Shown here: positions 9,376-16,098 of the stretch, piece by piece
How positions within the stretch are numbered: position 1 is the first letter of the stretch
Layout: each line of letters begins with the position of its first letter
Assembly: GCA_043732185.1 (NCBI GenBank)
Contig: JAYTHY010000013.1
Coordinates: 1 to 16,181 of the forward strand
Direction of reading: 5' to 3'
DNA: 16,181 nt
Origin: Fibrobacteria bacterium
GTDB lineage: Bacteria; Fibrobacterota; Fibrobacteria; UBA11236
Notes under the pieces: model-generated
What the model was told of the DNA's origin: nothing
Database searches by the model: none
What the model saw: only the letters and a program-made list of their open reading frames with translations
Position numbers and translations under genes: made by a program

Positions 9376-11322
9376 TTATTACAATTTCTTAATGCGTCTC
9401 CCCTCAAGTCGATTTCTCTACTTTTAGGATTTAGAACCATTTCCATTCCATTTCTCAATCGATTACATCTGAACCGCGCAAGTTTTCCTTTCCTTCTCTT
9501 CTGGCTTTCCACCTACTTCAACCTATCCCACAACTCCCAAACTCAAGAAACTGCCCTTGCCTTAATAGTCACCCTACTAGCCTTCCTCCTCGGTTACGTT
9601 CGCATATCCGTTTTTCATCCTGGCATAACCACTCCGCTTATTCTCCTTTGCGTCGGCGCAGGAGTATACAATCTCGTAACCTTTTCTCCAGCAGTTCCCT
9701 TTTTCGGAGACAAAAACGTCTACAGTGGCATTTTGGTATTGGGCGCCTTTTACCATTTTTTCTTGATGGAAAACGGAGGCACTCATAAGCCTGTCCAGGT
9801 CCTTTTATACTCCTCCACATTGGTCGTGCTCGCCTCCCTTTTATTTGTGGATTCCCGCATTGCCCAGGGAGCCTTCATTCTCAGCTTCCTGCCCCTCCTT
9901 TTTGTAACCGTACGATTGGATGGAAAAGAGCCCAAGTTGGAAAAACTTGCGTGGACCACTGGCATAACCTTGTGCTTAGGACTTGCATGGATCAATTTGC
10001 CTGATGCGCGGTTTCATCAGATCGGCCAAGCTCTCGCCCCTTCCTCACCAAATTTTATTGGGAGTAATTGGGTGTCCGGTTGGGAAGCGTTTAAGACGTC
10101 TCCAATATTCGGTTCCGGCACTGGCAGTTTCCGTTTTGCAATTCTGGATCACCAAGCCTCCTGGCCATTTCCTACCGGAGACGGGAATATTCCAAAAGTG
10201 GTACACGCCCAAAACCACTATTTGGAAACCCTAATTGAAGGAGGACTCTTTGGTTTAGGACTGGAATTGATCCTGCTATTCGGAGCATGGTTCGGCCTGG
10301 CTAGAGTTTATTTCACCGAGTCCCGGCTCACAGTCAAGTATATTTTTTTCGCATTGCTCGCACTTTTTATTATGGCTCAGTTTTCATCCATATTAGAAAG
10401 CGCGCCGACGAAAGTCGCCTATTGGGCCTGCGTGGGTTATGGCTGGTCCTTTATTGTTTGGGGGCGACCATGGCCACGATATGCCACTCTTGTATTGGGA
10501 AGCGCTATTCTGCTCCTATGCACCATACACCTGTACTTGCGCATCCCGGAGTTGCGTTCGGATCACCAACTGGCATTGGCCGTGCCCTTGGCCGATACCA
10601 ATCCCAAAGCCTACACCGAACACCTGTCTGAAGCGCTTCGCCTAAAGCCGCACAATGAGTCCGCTTGTTATCGTTACGCGGAAGTGCTGGGAAAATTCCA
10701 TAGAGAAAAAGAAGCCGTCCATTGGATCGAATTCATTCAAACCTTTGCGCCAGATTCAAATCAGCGCTCGATATACCTTTCCAAGATCTATTATTCGTTG
10801 GGCCGGTTCGATTCTGCTGCCAAATATGCTTCCTATAAATTGGAAAAAAGACTGACGGATTTGCCGAATCTGGAAATGCTGATCCGATCCTGGAAGCATC
10901 AAGGAAATTGCAAATCCATTGATTCCATACAAGTGGCTTTGGCATCCTTGCCGAAATCCTACCACATACCGGCGTCCCAGGAATATACCGTAGAGGGCCT
11001 CAATAATCTATTCCGATCCAACCGTGAAATTTTATTTCTGCAACGTTGGTTTGGAGGTCAAGCGTCACGGCGCGCATTTATAGAAGGCCGCTTGCTCACC
11101 TACAATCGCCAATTCGAAAACCACCGCAAGTTAAACAAATTATTGCAAACACCCTGTTCAGATTCTTTGCCGTTACTGCCTGTGCCTGCTGAAAATCCTA
11201 CCCCGCCGCATTGGAAGTTCAGGGGCTGGGGTAACCTGACTATTCCAAAAAATAATCCAAAAATGTTTTATGCTACTTTGCGCCGTTTCACAGCTAGTTC
11301 ATGTAGCAATTCCCCAATATAG
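9376..11322 (+). CDS. O-antigen ligase (Wzy_C)/oligosaccharyltransferase-like membrane protein with TPR-like C-terminus. 5' end disrupted or non-canonical, possible pseudogene
   Basis: The frame is open from 9376, well upstream of the track's TTG at 9733, and encodes further TM helices and FFGDKNVYSGIL. Wzy_C motifs W..GWEAFKTSPIFGSGTGSF and HAQNHYLETLIEGGLFGL. True start is uncertain (see findings). Confidence 0.75.
   Translation, partial: LLQFLNASPLKSISLLLGFRTISIPFLNRLHLNRASFPFLLFWLSTYFNLSHNSQTQETALALIVTLLAFLLGYVRISVFHPGITTPLILLCVGAGVYNLVTFSPAVPFFGDKNVYSGILVLGAFYHFFLMENGGTHKPVQVLLYSSTLVVLASLLFVDSRIAQGAFILSFLPLLFVTVRLDGKEPKLEKLAWTTGITLCLGLAWINLPDARFHQIGQALAPSSPNFIGSNWVSGWEAFKTSPIFGSGTGSFRFAILDHQASWPFPTGDGNIPKVVHAQNHYLETLIEGGLFGLGLELILLFGAWFGLARVYFTESRLTVKYIFFALLALFIMAQFSSILESAPTKVAYWACVGYGWSFIVWGRPWPRYATLVLGSAILLLCTIHLYLRIPELRSDHQLALAVPLADTNPKAYTEHLSEALRLKPHNESACYRYAEVLGKFHREKEAVHWIEFIQTFAPDSNQRSIYLSKIYYSLGRFDSAAKYASYKLEKRLTDLPNLEMLIRSWKHQGNCKSIDSIQVALASLPKSYHIPASQEYTVEGLNNLFRSNREILFLQRWFGGQASRRAFIEGRLLTYNRQFENHRKLNKLLQTPCSDSLPLLPVPAENPTPPHWKFRGWGNLTIPKNNPKMFYATLRRFTASSCSNSPI
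11192..11252 (+). repeat. Direct repeat copy 1 (61 bp, within the 3' end of the ligase gene)
   Basis: 55/61 identical to 11738-11798. The 32-bp core CGCCGCATTGGAAGTTCAGGGGCTGGGGTAAC (11204-11235) is identical. Confidence 0.95.
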
Positions 11323-11534
11323 GTTTGGTATCTTTTTCCGGATTTAATCGCGATATCTTTAATTGCTTTCAAGTCGTTTCCGTTTATTCTAATGGTTATG
11401 ATTTTATCCTTTGCCAATGTTGCCCTGGCAGCCTCTCGGTATACATCTTTTTCATTTTTAGACAACTTTACCACCTCAAAATGACCTTTTTTGATGGCCT
11501 CTTTAATTTCTTTTTCAAATTTTGTCGGTTTCAT
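11268..11534 (-). CDS. CopG/BrnA-like ribbon-helix-helix antitoxin
   Basis: EKEIKEAIKKGHF...YREAARATLAKDKIITIRINGNDLKAIK..A...GKRYQTYIGELLH, typical of antitoxins encoded after BrnT-like toxins. Starts 1 nt after the stop of the toxin-like ORF. Confidence 0.85.
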   Translation of the reverse strand: MKPTKFEKEIKEAIKKGHFEVVKLSKNEKDVYREAARATLAKDKIITIRINGNDLKAIKDIAIKSGKRYQTYIGELLHELAVKRRKVA

Positions 11535-11535
11535 A

Positions 11536-11700
11536 TTAATCCTTTTCGTAAATCGTGATTAAAAAAATCGCGTCTTTTCCTTCTTTGAATGGGACTACCC
11601 AGAGTTTTCCATTCAGTTTCACCATGAAACATTTTTGACCAATGTGGTTTTTGCTTTTCAATTTTAGGTTTTTGCCTAGGTTCCATTTGAAAATCTTCAT
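11536..11700 (-). pseudogene. BrnT-like toxin, 54 aa, apparently internally deleted (absent from the ORF track)
   Basis: Manual translation: MKIFKWNLGKNLKLKSKNHIGQKCFMVKLNGKLWVVPFKEGKDAIFLITIYEKD*. It has the family start (F.W...KN..LK) and end (GQK...VPF......FL.TI) but lacks the central RGISFE-type segment. Confidence 0.75.
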
Positions 11701-11704
11701 TGAG

Positions 11705-11734
11705 ATAATATAAATACTTTGTATTTACAATCAA
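11705..11734 (-). promoter_or_regulatory. Promoter/operator of the BrnT-like TA module
   Basis: Minus strand TTGATT, 16-18 nt, TATATT/TATTAT just before the ATG at 11700. The spacer contains the inverted repeat TAAATAC-ttt-GTATTTA (11711-11727). Confidence 0.6.
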
Positions 11735-11737
11735 GTT

Positions 11738-11798
11738 AAAATCCTTCCTCGCCGCATTGGAAGTTCAGGGGCTGGGGTAACGTGACTCTACCAATAAA
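11738..11798 (+). repeat. Direct repeat copy 2 (61 bp)
   Basis: Offset exactly 546 bp from copy 1. Identical core at 11750-11781. Confidence 0.95.
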
Positions 11799-11831
11799 AC
11801 GGCAATTTAAAGGCATTTTATTGACTTTTAC

Positions 11832-11875
11832 CTGACTTTAGGGTAATTTGTCCTTATCATTAAGGACAAATTACC
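11832..11875 (+). promoter_or_regulatory. Promoter and palindromic operator of the Xre-RES module
   Basis: CTGACT (11832-11837), 17 nt, TATCAT (11855-11860). Perfect 15-bp inverted repeat GGTAATTTGTCCTTA-tcat-TAAGGACAAATTACC (11842-11875) covering the -10 and the AAGGA RBS. Confidence 0.8.
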
Positions 11876-11876
11876 T

Positions 11877-12371
11877 ATGTCAATAATTAAAAAAAAGTCC
11901 AAAGTACCGAACCGCAAGGAAAGGTCAGGCAGCGTTACTAAATCGAATCTCGGGCCTAAGCGAGACAGCACTCGATCTCAAAAAGGAGCCACAATTGCGC
12001 CTATTTTCAACGAAGGACAAGGTTTAAATAAAGACAATAATCCTTTCCAGGTAATAAAAGACCTCTCGGCGGATTTTGGATTTTCCGCAAAAGACATGGC
12101 GGGCGTTTTGGATGTGACTCCTAAAACATTTTCGAGATGGAAGCAAAAGGCTAACGGTATGTCTGATCAACAAGCAGATCGCATGCTGATCCTGAAATCG
12201 ATTTTTGAATTGAGCAGAAAGGTTCTAGGCTCGGATGCAAATGTAAAAAAATGGATGAGTGAACCTGTTTTTTTACTTGATGGGCATGCTCCCTTGAGCC
12301 TTTTGATAACTGAATCCGGAAGACGACGGATCGAATCGGTTTTGCACCAAATAGAATATGGGTTTTTCTGA
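11877..12371 (+). CDS. Xre/MbcA/ParS-family antitoxin
   Basis: HTH (MAGVLDVTPKTFSRWK), QADR, VLGS...KKWMSEP...LDGHAPLSLL.TESG...IESVL.QIEYG. Abuts the RES gene. Confidence 0.9.
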   Translation: MSIIKKKSKVPNRKERSGSVTKSNLGPKRDSTRSQKGATIAPIFNEGQGLNKDNNPFQVIKDLSADFGFSAKDMAGVLDVTPKTFSRWKQKANGMSDQQADRMLILKSIFELSRKVLGSDANVKKWMSEPVFLLDGHAPLSLLITESGRRRIESVLHQIEYGFF

Positions 12372-12824
12372 GTGGCCAGTCTTTTTCGTGTATCGAGAAA
12401 AGCATACCTACCTCAGGATCCAAACGGTGGTTATCACTCAGAGGGTCGATGGCATCCGATGGGAAATCCTGTACTTTACTTCTGTTCATCGCTACCAATG
12501 TGCATTTTTGAACTTCGTGCTAACAAAGTCGAGTTTGATATCATTAGAACCGGATATCATTTCAGCCGATGTGAAGCTGATCTCGCCTCCTCTTTGGAAG
12601 TCGTGCCAGACTCGTTCTACACCCAGGAATGGACGACCAATAAGGCAGCATCTCAAAAACTTGGTGAAAAATGGCTCAATTCGAATCGCACACTATTCCT
12701 GGCGGTGAAGAGCGCCCCTTTGCCAACGGAAACAAATTACATCATCAACCCATTACATCCTAAATTTTCTCAGCTTACCTTTACAATTCCTAAACCTATA
12801 CCACTTGACCTTCGAGTCACTTGA
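12372..12824 (+). CDS. RES-domain toxin (NAD+ phosphorylase/ParT-MbcT family)
   Basis: LFRV, GG...EGRWHPMG.PVLY.CSS....IFE, SQKLGEKW, LAVKSA....ETNYIINPLHP. The R, E and S residues are present. GTG start. Confidence 0.92.
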   Translation: MASLFRVSRKAYLPQDPNGGYHSEGRWHPMGNPVLYFCSSLPMCIFELRANKVEFDIIRTGYHFSRCEADLASSLEVVPDSFYTQEWTTNKAASQKLGEKWLNSNRTLFLAVKSAPLPTETNYIINPLHPKFSQLTFTIPKPIPLDLRVT

Positions 12825-13395
12825 CACTGGTGCGAAACCAGGTAGGTAGATTTTCAGCTAGGAAAGTTTTTCGACCATGGTCGAATACCGCGACCTTACG
12901 GAAAGGTTGGTCCAAATCATTATTGTCGAATATCCAAACATGTGGCAAAACGTCGATGGCTGCCTTCAGGTTCTTCATCGTCCTGGGGTAGCGCGATTTA
13001 AGTTTTTCCGTGGGGACATCATGTCCGCCTCTGGAAACTCGCATGGACACACGTTCCTCTGAGACGTCAGCACTGGATATGCCGATGAAGCAAAGTACGA
13101 CCGTATAACCTTTGGCTGCGGAATCCAAAAGAAATAAAAGCTTGTCACCTACCGGATCGGAAAAAACGGTTTCGAAGGCAAAACTCTCTTTTGATTCCAC
13201 TAACTGTAGGCGAATATCCCCTGCCATTTTGGCCGCGGTATAAGGATCTAGGTTCATTGATCTGGAGAGGTGATCCACATTGATAAAATGCAGTCCTGCA
13301 TGGCTGACATGAACTTGAAAAAAGGTGGTCTTCCCTGCGCCGTTAGGTCCCGCTATGGCAACGATAATCGGTCGCTGATCCAGTTGGCTACTCAT
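12817..13395 (-). CDS. Zeta-toxin-like P-loop kinase/ATPase
   Basis: IAGPNGAGKTT, FINVD, SFAFETVFS, RVSMRVSRGGHDVP, IFDN. Start placed at ATG 13395 (the track's 13446 lies inside the antitoxin gene). 8-bp convergent overlap with the RES gene. Confidence 0.88.
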   Translation of the reverse strand: MSSQLDQRPIIVAIAGPNGAGKTTFFQVHVSHAGLHFINVDHLSRSMNLDPYTAAKMAGDIRLQLVESKESFAFETVFSDPVGDKLLFLLDSAAKGYTVVLCFIGISSADVSEERVSMRVSRGGHDVPTEKLKSRYPRTMKNLKAAIDVLPHVWIFDNNDLDQPFRKVAVFDHGRKTFLAENLPTWFRTSVK

Positions 13396-13417
13396 TTCAG
13401 CCGATTTCGAACTTGCG

Positions 13418-13792
13418 TTATGCTTGGACTTCAGGCCTGAATTCACGATTTACAAATCGGCCCAATGTCCGAGATCCATCTTCGGAAATGCGAACCAACA
13501 ACCCGTTCTTTCCAGGCTCGGACTTATAATGAGGAAAAGGTTGCGTATCTAGAAAACTCTGAAGTCGCTCGCGCCCTGAAGGAGTATCTACGGTTTCCAA
13601 AATCTCTCCAAAGGATTGAATGGAACCGCTTCGACAGAGGGCCAATACTTGAGAGCCTTGTAAGAACGGTTCAACAGCTCTACCGAGGCTGGCCCAAAAC
13701 TCAACCTGTCCAGCAATGGACCGGTGGACGGACTCGCCCATCAAACGCGCTTGGAGAACAAGAGGATCGGACAGCTTTACGGGTTGGCTCAT
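13418..13792 (-). CDS. ParD-like family antitoxin
   Basis: MSQPVKLSDPLV..AR.......RSIAGQVEFWASLGRAVE is the ParD_like signature. It lies upstream of the zeta-like gene, a common pairing. Confidence 0.85.
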   Translation of the reverse strand: MSQPVKLSDPLVLQARLMGESVHRSIAGQVEFWASLGRAVEPFLQGSQVLALCRSGSIQSFGEILETVDTPSGRERLQSFLDTQPFPHYKSEPGKNGLLVRISEDGSRTLGRFVNREFRPEVQA

Positions 13793-13794
13793 AC

Positions 13795-13828
13795 CCTTTA
13801 TGGTAGCATTTTGCTACCATAAAGGCAA
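13795..13828 (-). promoter_or_regulatory. Promoter and palindromic operator of the ParD-like/zeta module
   Basis: Perfect 14-bp inverted repeat CCTTTATGGTAGCA-ttt-TGCTACCATAAAGG (13795-13825). Minus strand TTGCCT, 17 nt, TACCAT (with extended TG), 7 nt before the ATG. Confidence 0.8.
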
Positions 13829-13838
13829 GTTATTTGAG

Positions 13839-14072
13839 TTATTTGGTGCTTTGCCCGGATTTTATTCGTCTTAATTCCACGACATCCGCCAAATCCTTGG
13901 GCCGATTTGCCGCTAATTTACTTTTAATCAAATCAGTCTTGCAGATCACCTTTACGCCGATTCCATCCAACTTTAATACGACTTTTCTCCGGTAACACGA
14001 TTCGCTGACCTTATTCGAATGGAGAAACTTCAAAAATTCTTTGTACTCTGCCGGTAGTTGCCTTTCGGCCAT
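13839..14072 (-). pseudogene. Nucleotidyltransferase-family (TA-type) gene with a large apparent in-frame internal deletion
   Basis: The 77-aa ORF joins the family N-terminus (LPAEYKEFLKFLHSNKV) directly to its C-terminus (ESCY.......LDG..V.VI...DLIKSK.AANRPKDLADVVEL). The central GG.A...T.D.D catalytic region is absent. Confidence 0.72.
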
Positions 14073-14203
14073 AATGACATTCCCTGAGAAAGGTTATCGT
14101 GCGCGATTTCTTCTGGTAGCTCATTTTCTGCAGTTCAATGGTTTCGGATTTTTCCGCCTGCTTAAAGGTCTCAAATCCCCACGCTTTTTTTATCCAGCTT
14201 CAT
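14011..14203 (-). pseudogene. Small partner gene of the nucleotidyltransferase, frameshifted in an A7 run
   Basis: From ATG 14203 it reads MKLDKKSVGI*. Removing one A from the run at 14185-14191 gives 63 aa: MKLDKKAWGFETFKQAEKSETIELQKMSYQKKSRTITFLRECHYGRKATTGRVQRIFEVSPFE*, which overlaps the NTase start. Confidence 0.7.
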
Positions 14204-14329
14204 ATGTTCTCAAGTATAACCATTTATTCCAGCCGGGAACCGGACTGTAACTCCGAATTTCCAGCCTACTGCCGGGTCAGAATTCTATTTTGAAAGTACC
14301 AGATATCTAAACCGGTAAGGAAGCCTCGC

Positions 14330-14533
14330 ATGAAAGATCAGGCAAAGACAGGATGGATCCGCAATGGCATGGCCATTTCAATTGGCTTGACCTTGGTTTT
14401 CATCCTGTTTAGAAAATGGGCCTTGACCCGTATTGCCTTAGGATTTGTCTTGGCTTTTGTGGAAAGATGGCAAGCCCGAATTAAAACCGACGAACTTATA
14501 GGCTTGCTTACTGAAGCTGGGGGGCAGTCCTGA
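14330..14533 (+). CDS. Small hypothetical membrane protein
   Basis: AAGGAAG before the ATG, two short hydrophobic segments, and a stop that overlaps the probable start of the next gene. No family recognised. Confidence 0.5.
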   Translation: MKDQAKTGWIRNGMAISIGLTLVFILFRKWALTRIALGFVLAFVERWQARIKTDELIGLLTEAGGQS

Positions 14534-16098
14534 GTTCATCTCCCGCTTTCGACGCAGCCGATCTCGCCCAACTGATCTCCGTGGGCATCACCGAAAAAAT
14601 GGCTTTGGCACAAAGGGATATTTTTTTACAGGGACCGAAATATCCTTGCTTAAATCGACCCGCAACTCTTGGAGACGGAATTGTAGCGCTTTCTGATTCA
14701 GATCGAGTTGGCTTTAATCTCGAATATCGCGAGGCTGCCGAACAAGGTCGCGTACTTGAATTTATTCCCGCGTCCGGTGCCGCCACCCGTATGTTCAAGG
14801 CTTTGATTTCCATTTTGGGACGGACAGATAGGCCTGCTTTATCTCGATTGCAGCAAGAAGCGAAAGACCTAGGAAGTGAAGCGCCAGACACTCAGGAATT
14901 TTTGGAATGGTTTCATGGATTGGAAAATTTCGCCCTCCGGAAACCGCTGGAAGACGCTTTGCATAAGCAGGGCATGGACTTGCGGGATTTAATAAAGGCC
15001 GGTGCCTATCGGCCCATTCTGGAAACTCTTTTGACCAAGCAGGGGCTGGGGTATGCGGGTTTGCCCAAAGCTTTGATCCCTTTTCACGACCACCCAAGTG
15101 GACCCCAAACCGCCTTGGCCGAACACCTCGCAGAAGCAGCATTGCTGGTTGGAAATTCTCAGGGCGTATGCCGACTGCATTTCACCGTTTCTCCTGATCA
15201 TGAAGCCATGGTTCAGACCCTGCTGAATTCATTGATCCCAAAATACGCTTCGGAAGGCATCCACTTCGAGGTGCACCTCTCGCAACAAAAGCGAAACACC
15301 GATTGCTTGTCCATGGAAGAGGGAGGCACTTTCATACGAAACCCAGACGGTACTCTGGTGTTGCGCCCTGGCGGCCATGGAGCGTTGCTGGAAAATCTCC
15401 AAGATACCAAGGGAGATGTGGTATTTATCAAGAACATTGACAACCTGGTGCCCGCAAGGCTGAGAGAAGAAGTATTAAACCATCGTCAAGCCTTGGGCGG
15501 TTATTTGATTCGCTTGCAGAAACAAGTTTTCACTTATCTACACCACATCCAAAAGGAACCCGGGTCGGCACTCGTGCAGGAGATGGCTGATTTCGCGGAG
15601 CAAAACTTGGGGGTCAAGTTGCCGGAGATCAAAACAGTCGGTGAAAGATCCGCTTACTTGCAACAGGTTTTCGCTCGTCCTCTACGCGTCTGTGCCATGG
15701 TTGAAAATCAGGGTGAGCCTGGGGGTGGCCCTTTCTGGGTACAGAATCCGGATGGCTCGCAAAGCTTGCAGATAGTGGAGTCTGCCCAAGTGAACAAATC
15801 AAATCCGGACCAGAAAAAAATCGTGGCAGCAGCCACCCACTTCAATCCGGTGGACATGGTATGCGGCCTTAAAAATCATCGCGGCGAACTTTTTAATTTG
15901 GCGGAATACGTGGACGGGGATGCCTATTTCATCACGACCAAATCCAAGGATGGCAAGGCTGTCAAGGCGTTGGAACTGCCTGGACTTTGGAATGGATCCA
16001 TGGCGAATTGGAATACAGCATTTGTCGAGGCTCCCGGCGTGACGTTCAACCCCGTGAAGACCGTCACGGATCTTTTACGTCATAGCCACACAGCTTAA
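14530..16098 (+). CDS. DUF4301 family protein (sugar-nucleotide pyrophosphorylase-like fold)
   Basis: FIPASGAATRMFK, LPKALIPFH, LHFTVSPDH, RPGGHGALLENL, FIKNIDN, RPLRVCAMVENQGEPGGGPFWV, THFNPVD, LELPGLWNGSMANWNT, FNPVKTVTDLLR. Start is either GTG 14581 or more likely CTG 14530. Confidence 0.92.
   Translation: MSSSPAFDAADLAQLISVGITEKMALAQRDIFLQGPKYPCLNRPATLGDGIVALSDSDRVGFNLEYREAAEQGRVLEFIPASGAATRMFKALISILGRTDRPALSRLQQEAKDLGSEAPDTQEFLEWFHGLENFALRKPLEDALHKQGMDLRDLIKAGAYRPILETLLTKQGLGYAGLPKALIPFHDHPSGPQTALAEHLAEAALLVGNSQGVCRLHFTVSPDHEAMVQTLLNSLIPKYASEGIHFEVHLSQQKRNTDCLSMEEGGTFIRNPDGTLVLRPGGHGALLENLQDTKGDVVFIKNIDNLVPARLREEVLNHRQALGGYLIRLQKQVFTYLHHIQKEPGSALVQEMADFAEQNLGVKLPEIKTVGERSAYLQQVFARPLRVCAMVENQGEPGGGPFWVQNPDGSQSLQIVESAQVNKSNPDQKKIVAAATHFNPVDMVCGLKNHRGELFNLAEYVDGDAYFITTKSKDGKAVKALELPGLWNGSMANWNTAFVEAPGVTFNPVKTVTDLLRHSHTA

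Noticed and set aside
11531..11734. 67-aa minus-strand ORF from the track
   Set aside because: Wrong frame. The overlapping 11536-11700 frame carries the toxin-family motifs, and the TTG 'start' is the predicted -35 box.
11192..11798. The 61-bp repeats as a CRISPR array, integron attC or Xer dif sites
   Set aside because: Only two copies 546 bp apart, no cas or intI genes, no RYYYAAC...GTTRRRY hairpin and no dif-like 11-6-11 structure.
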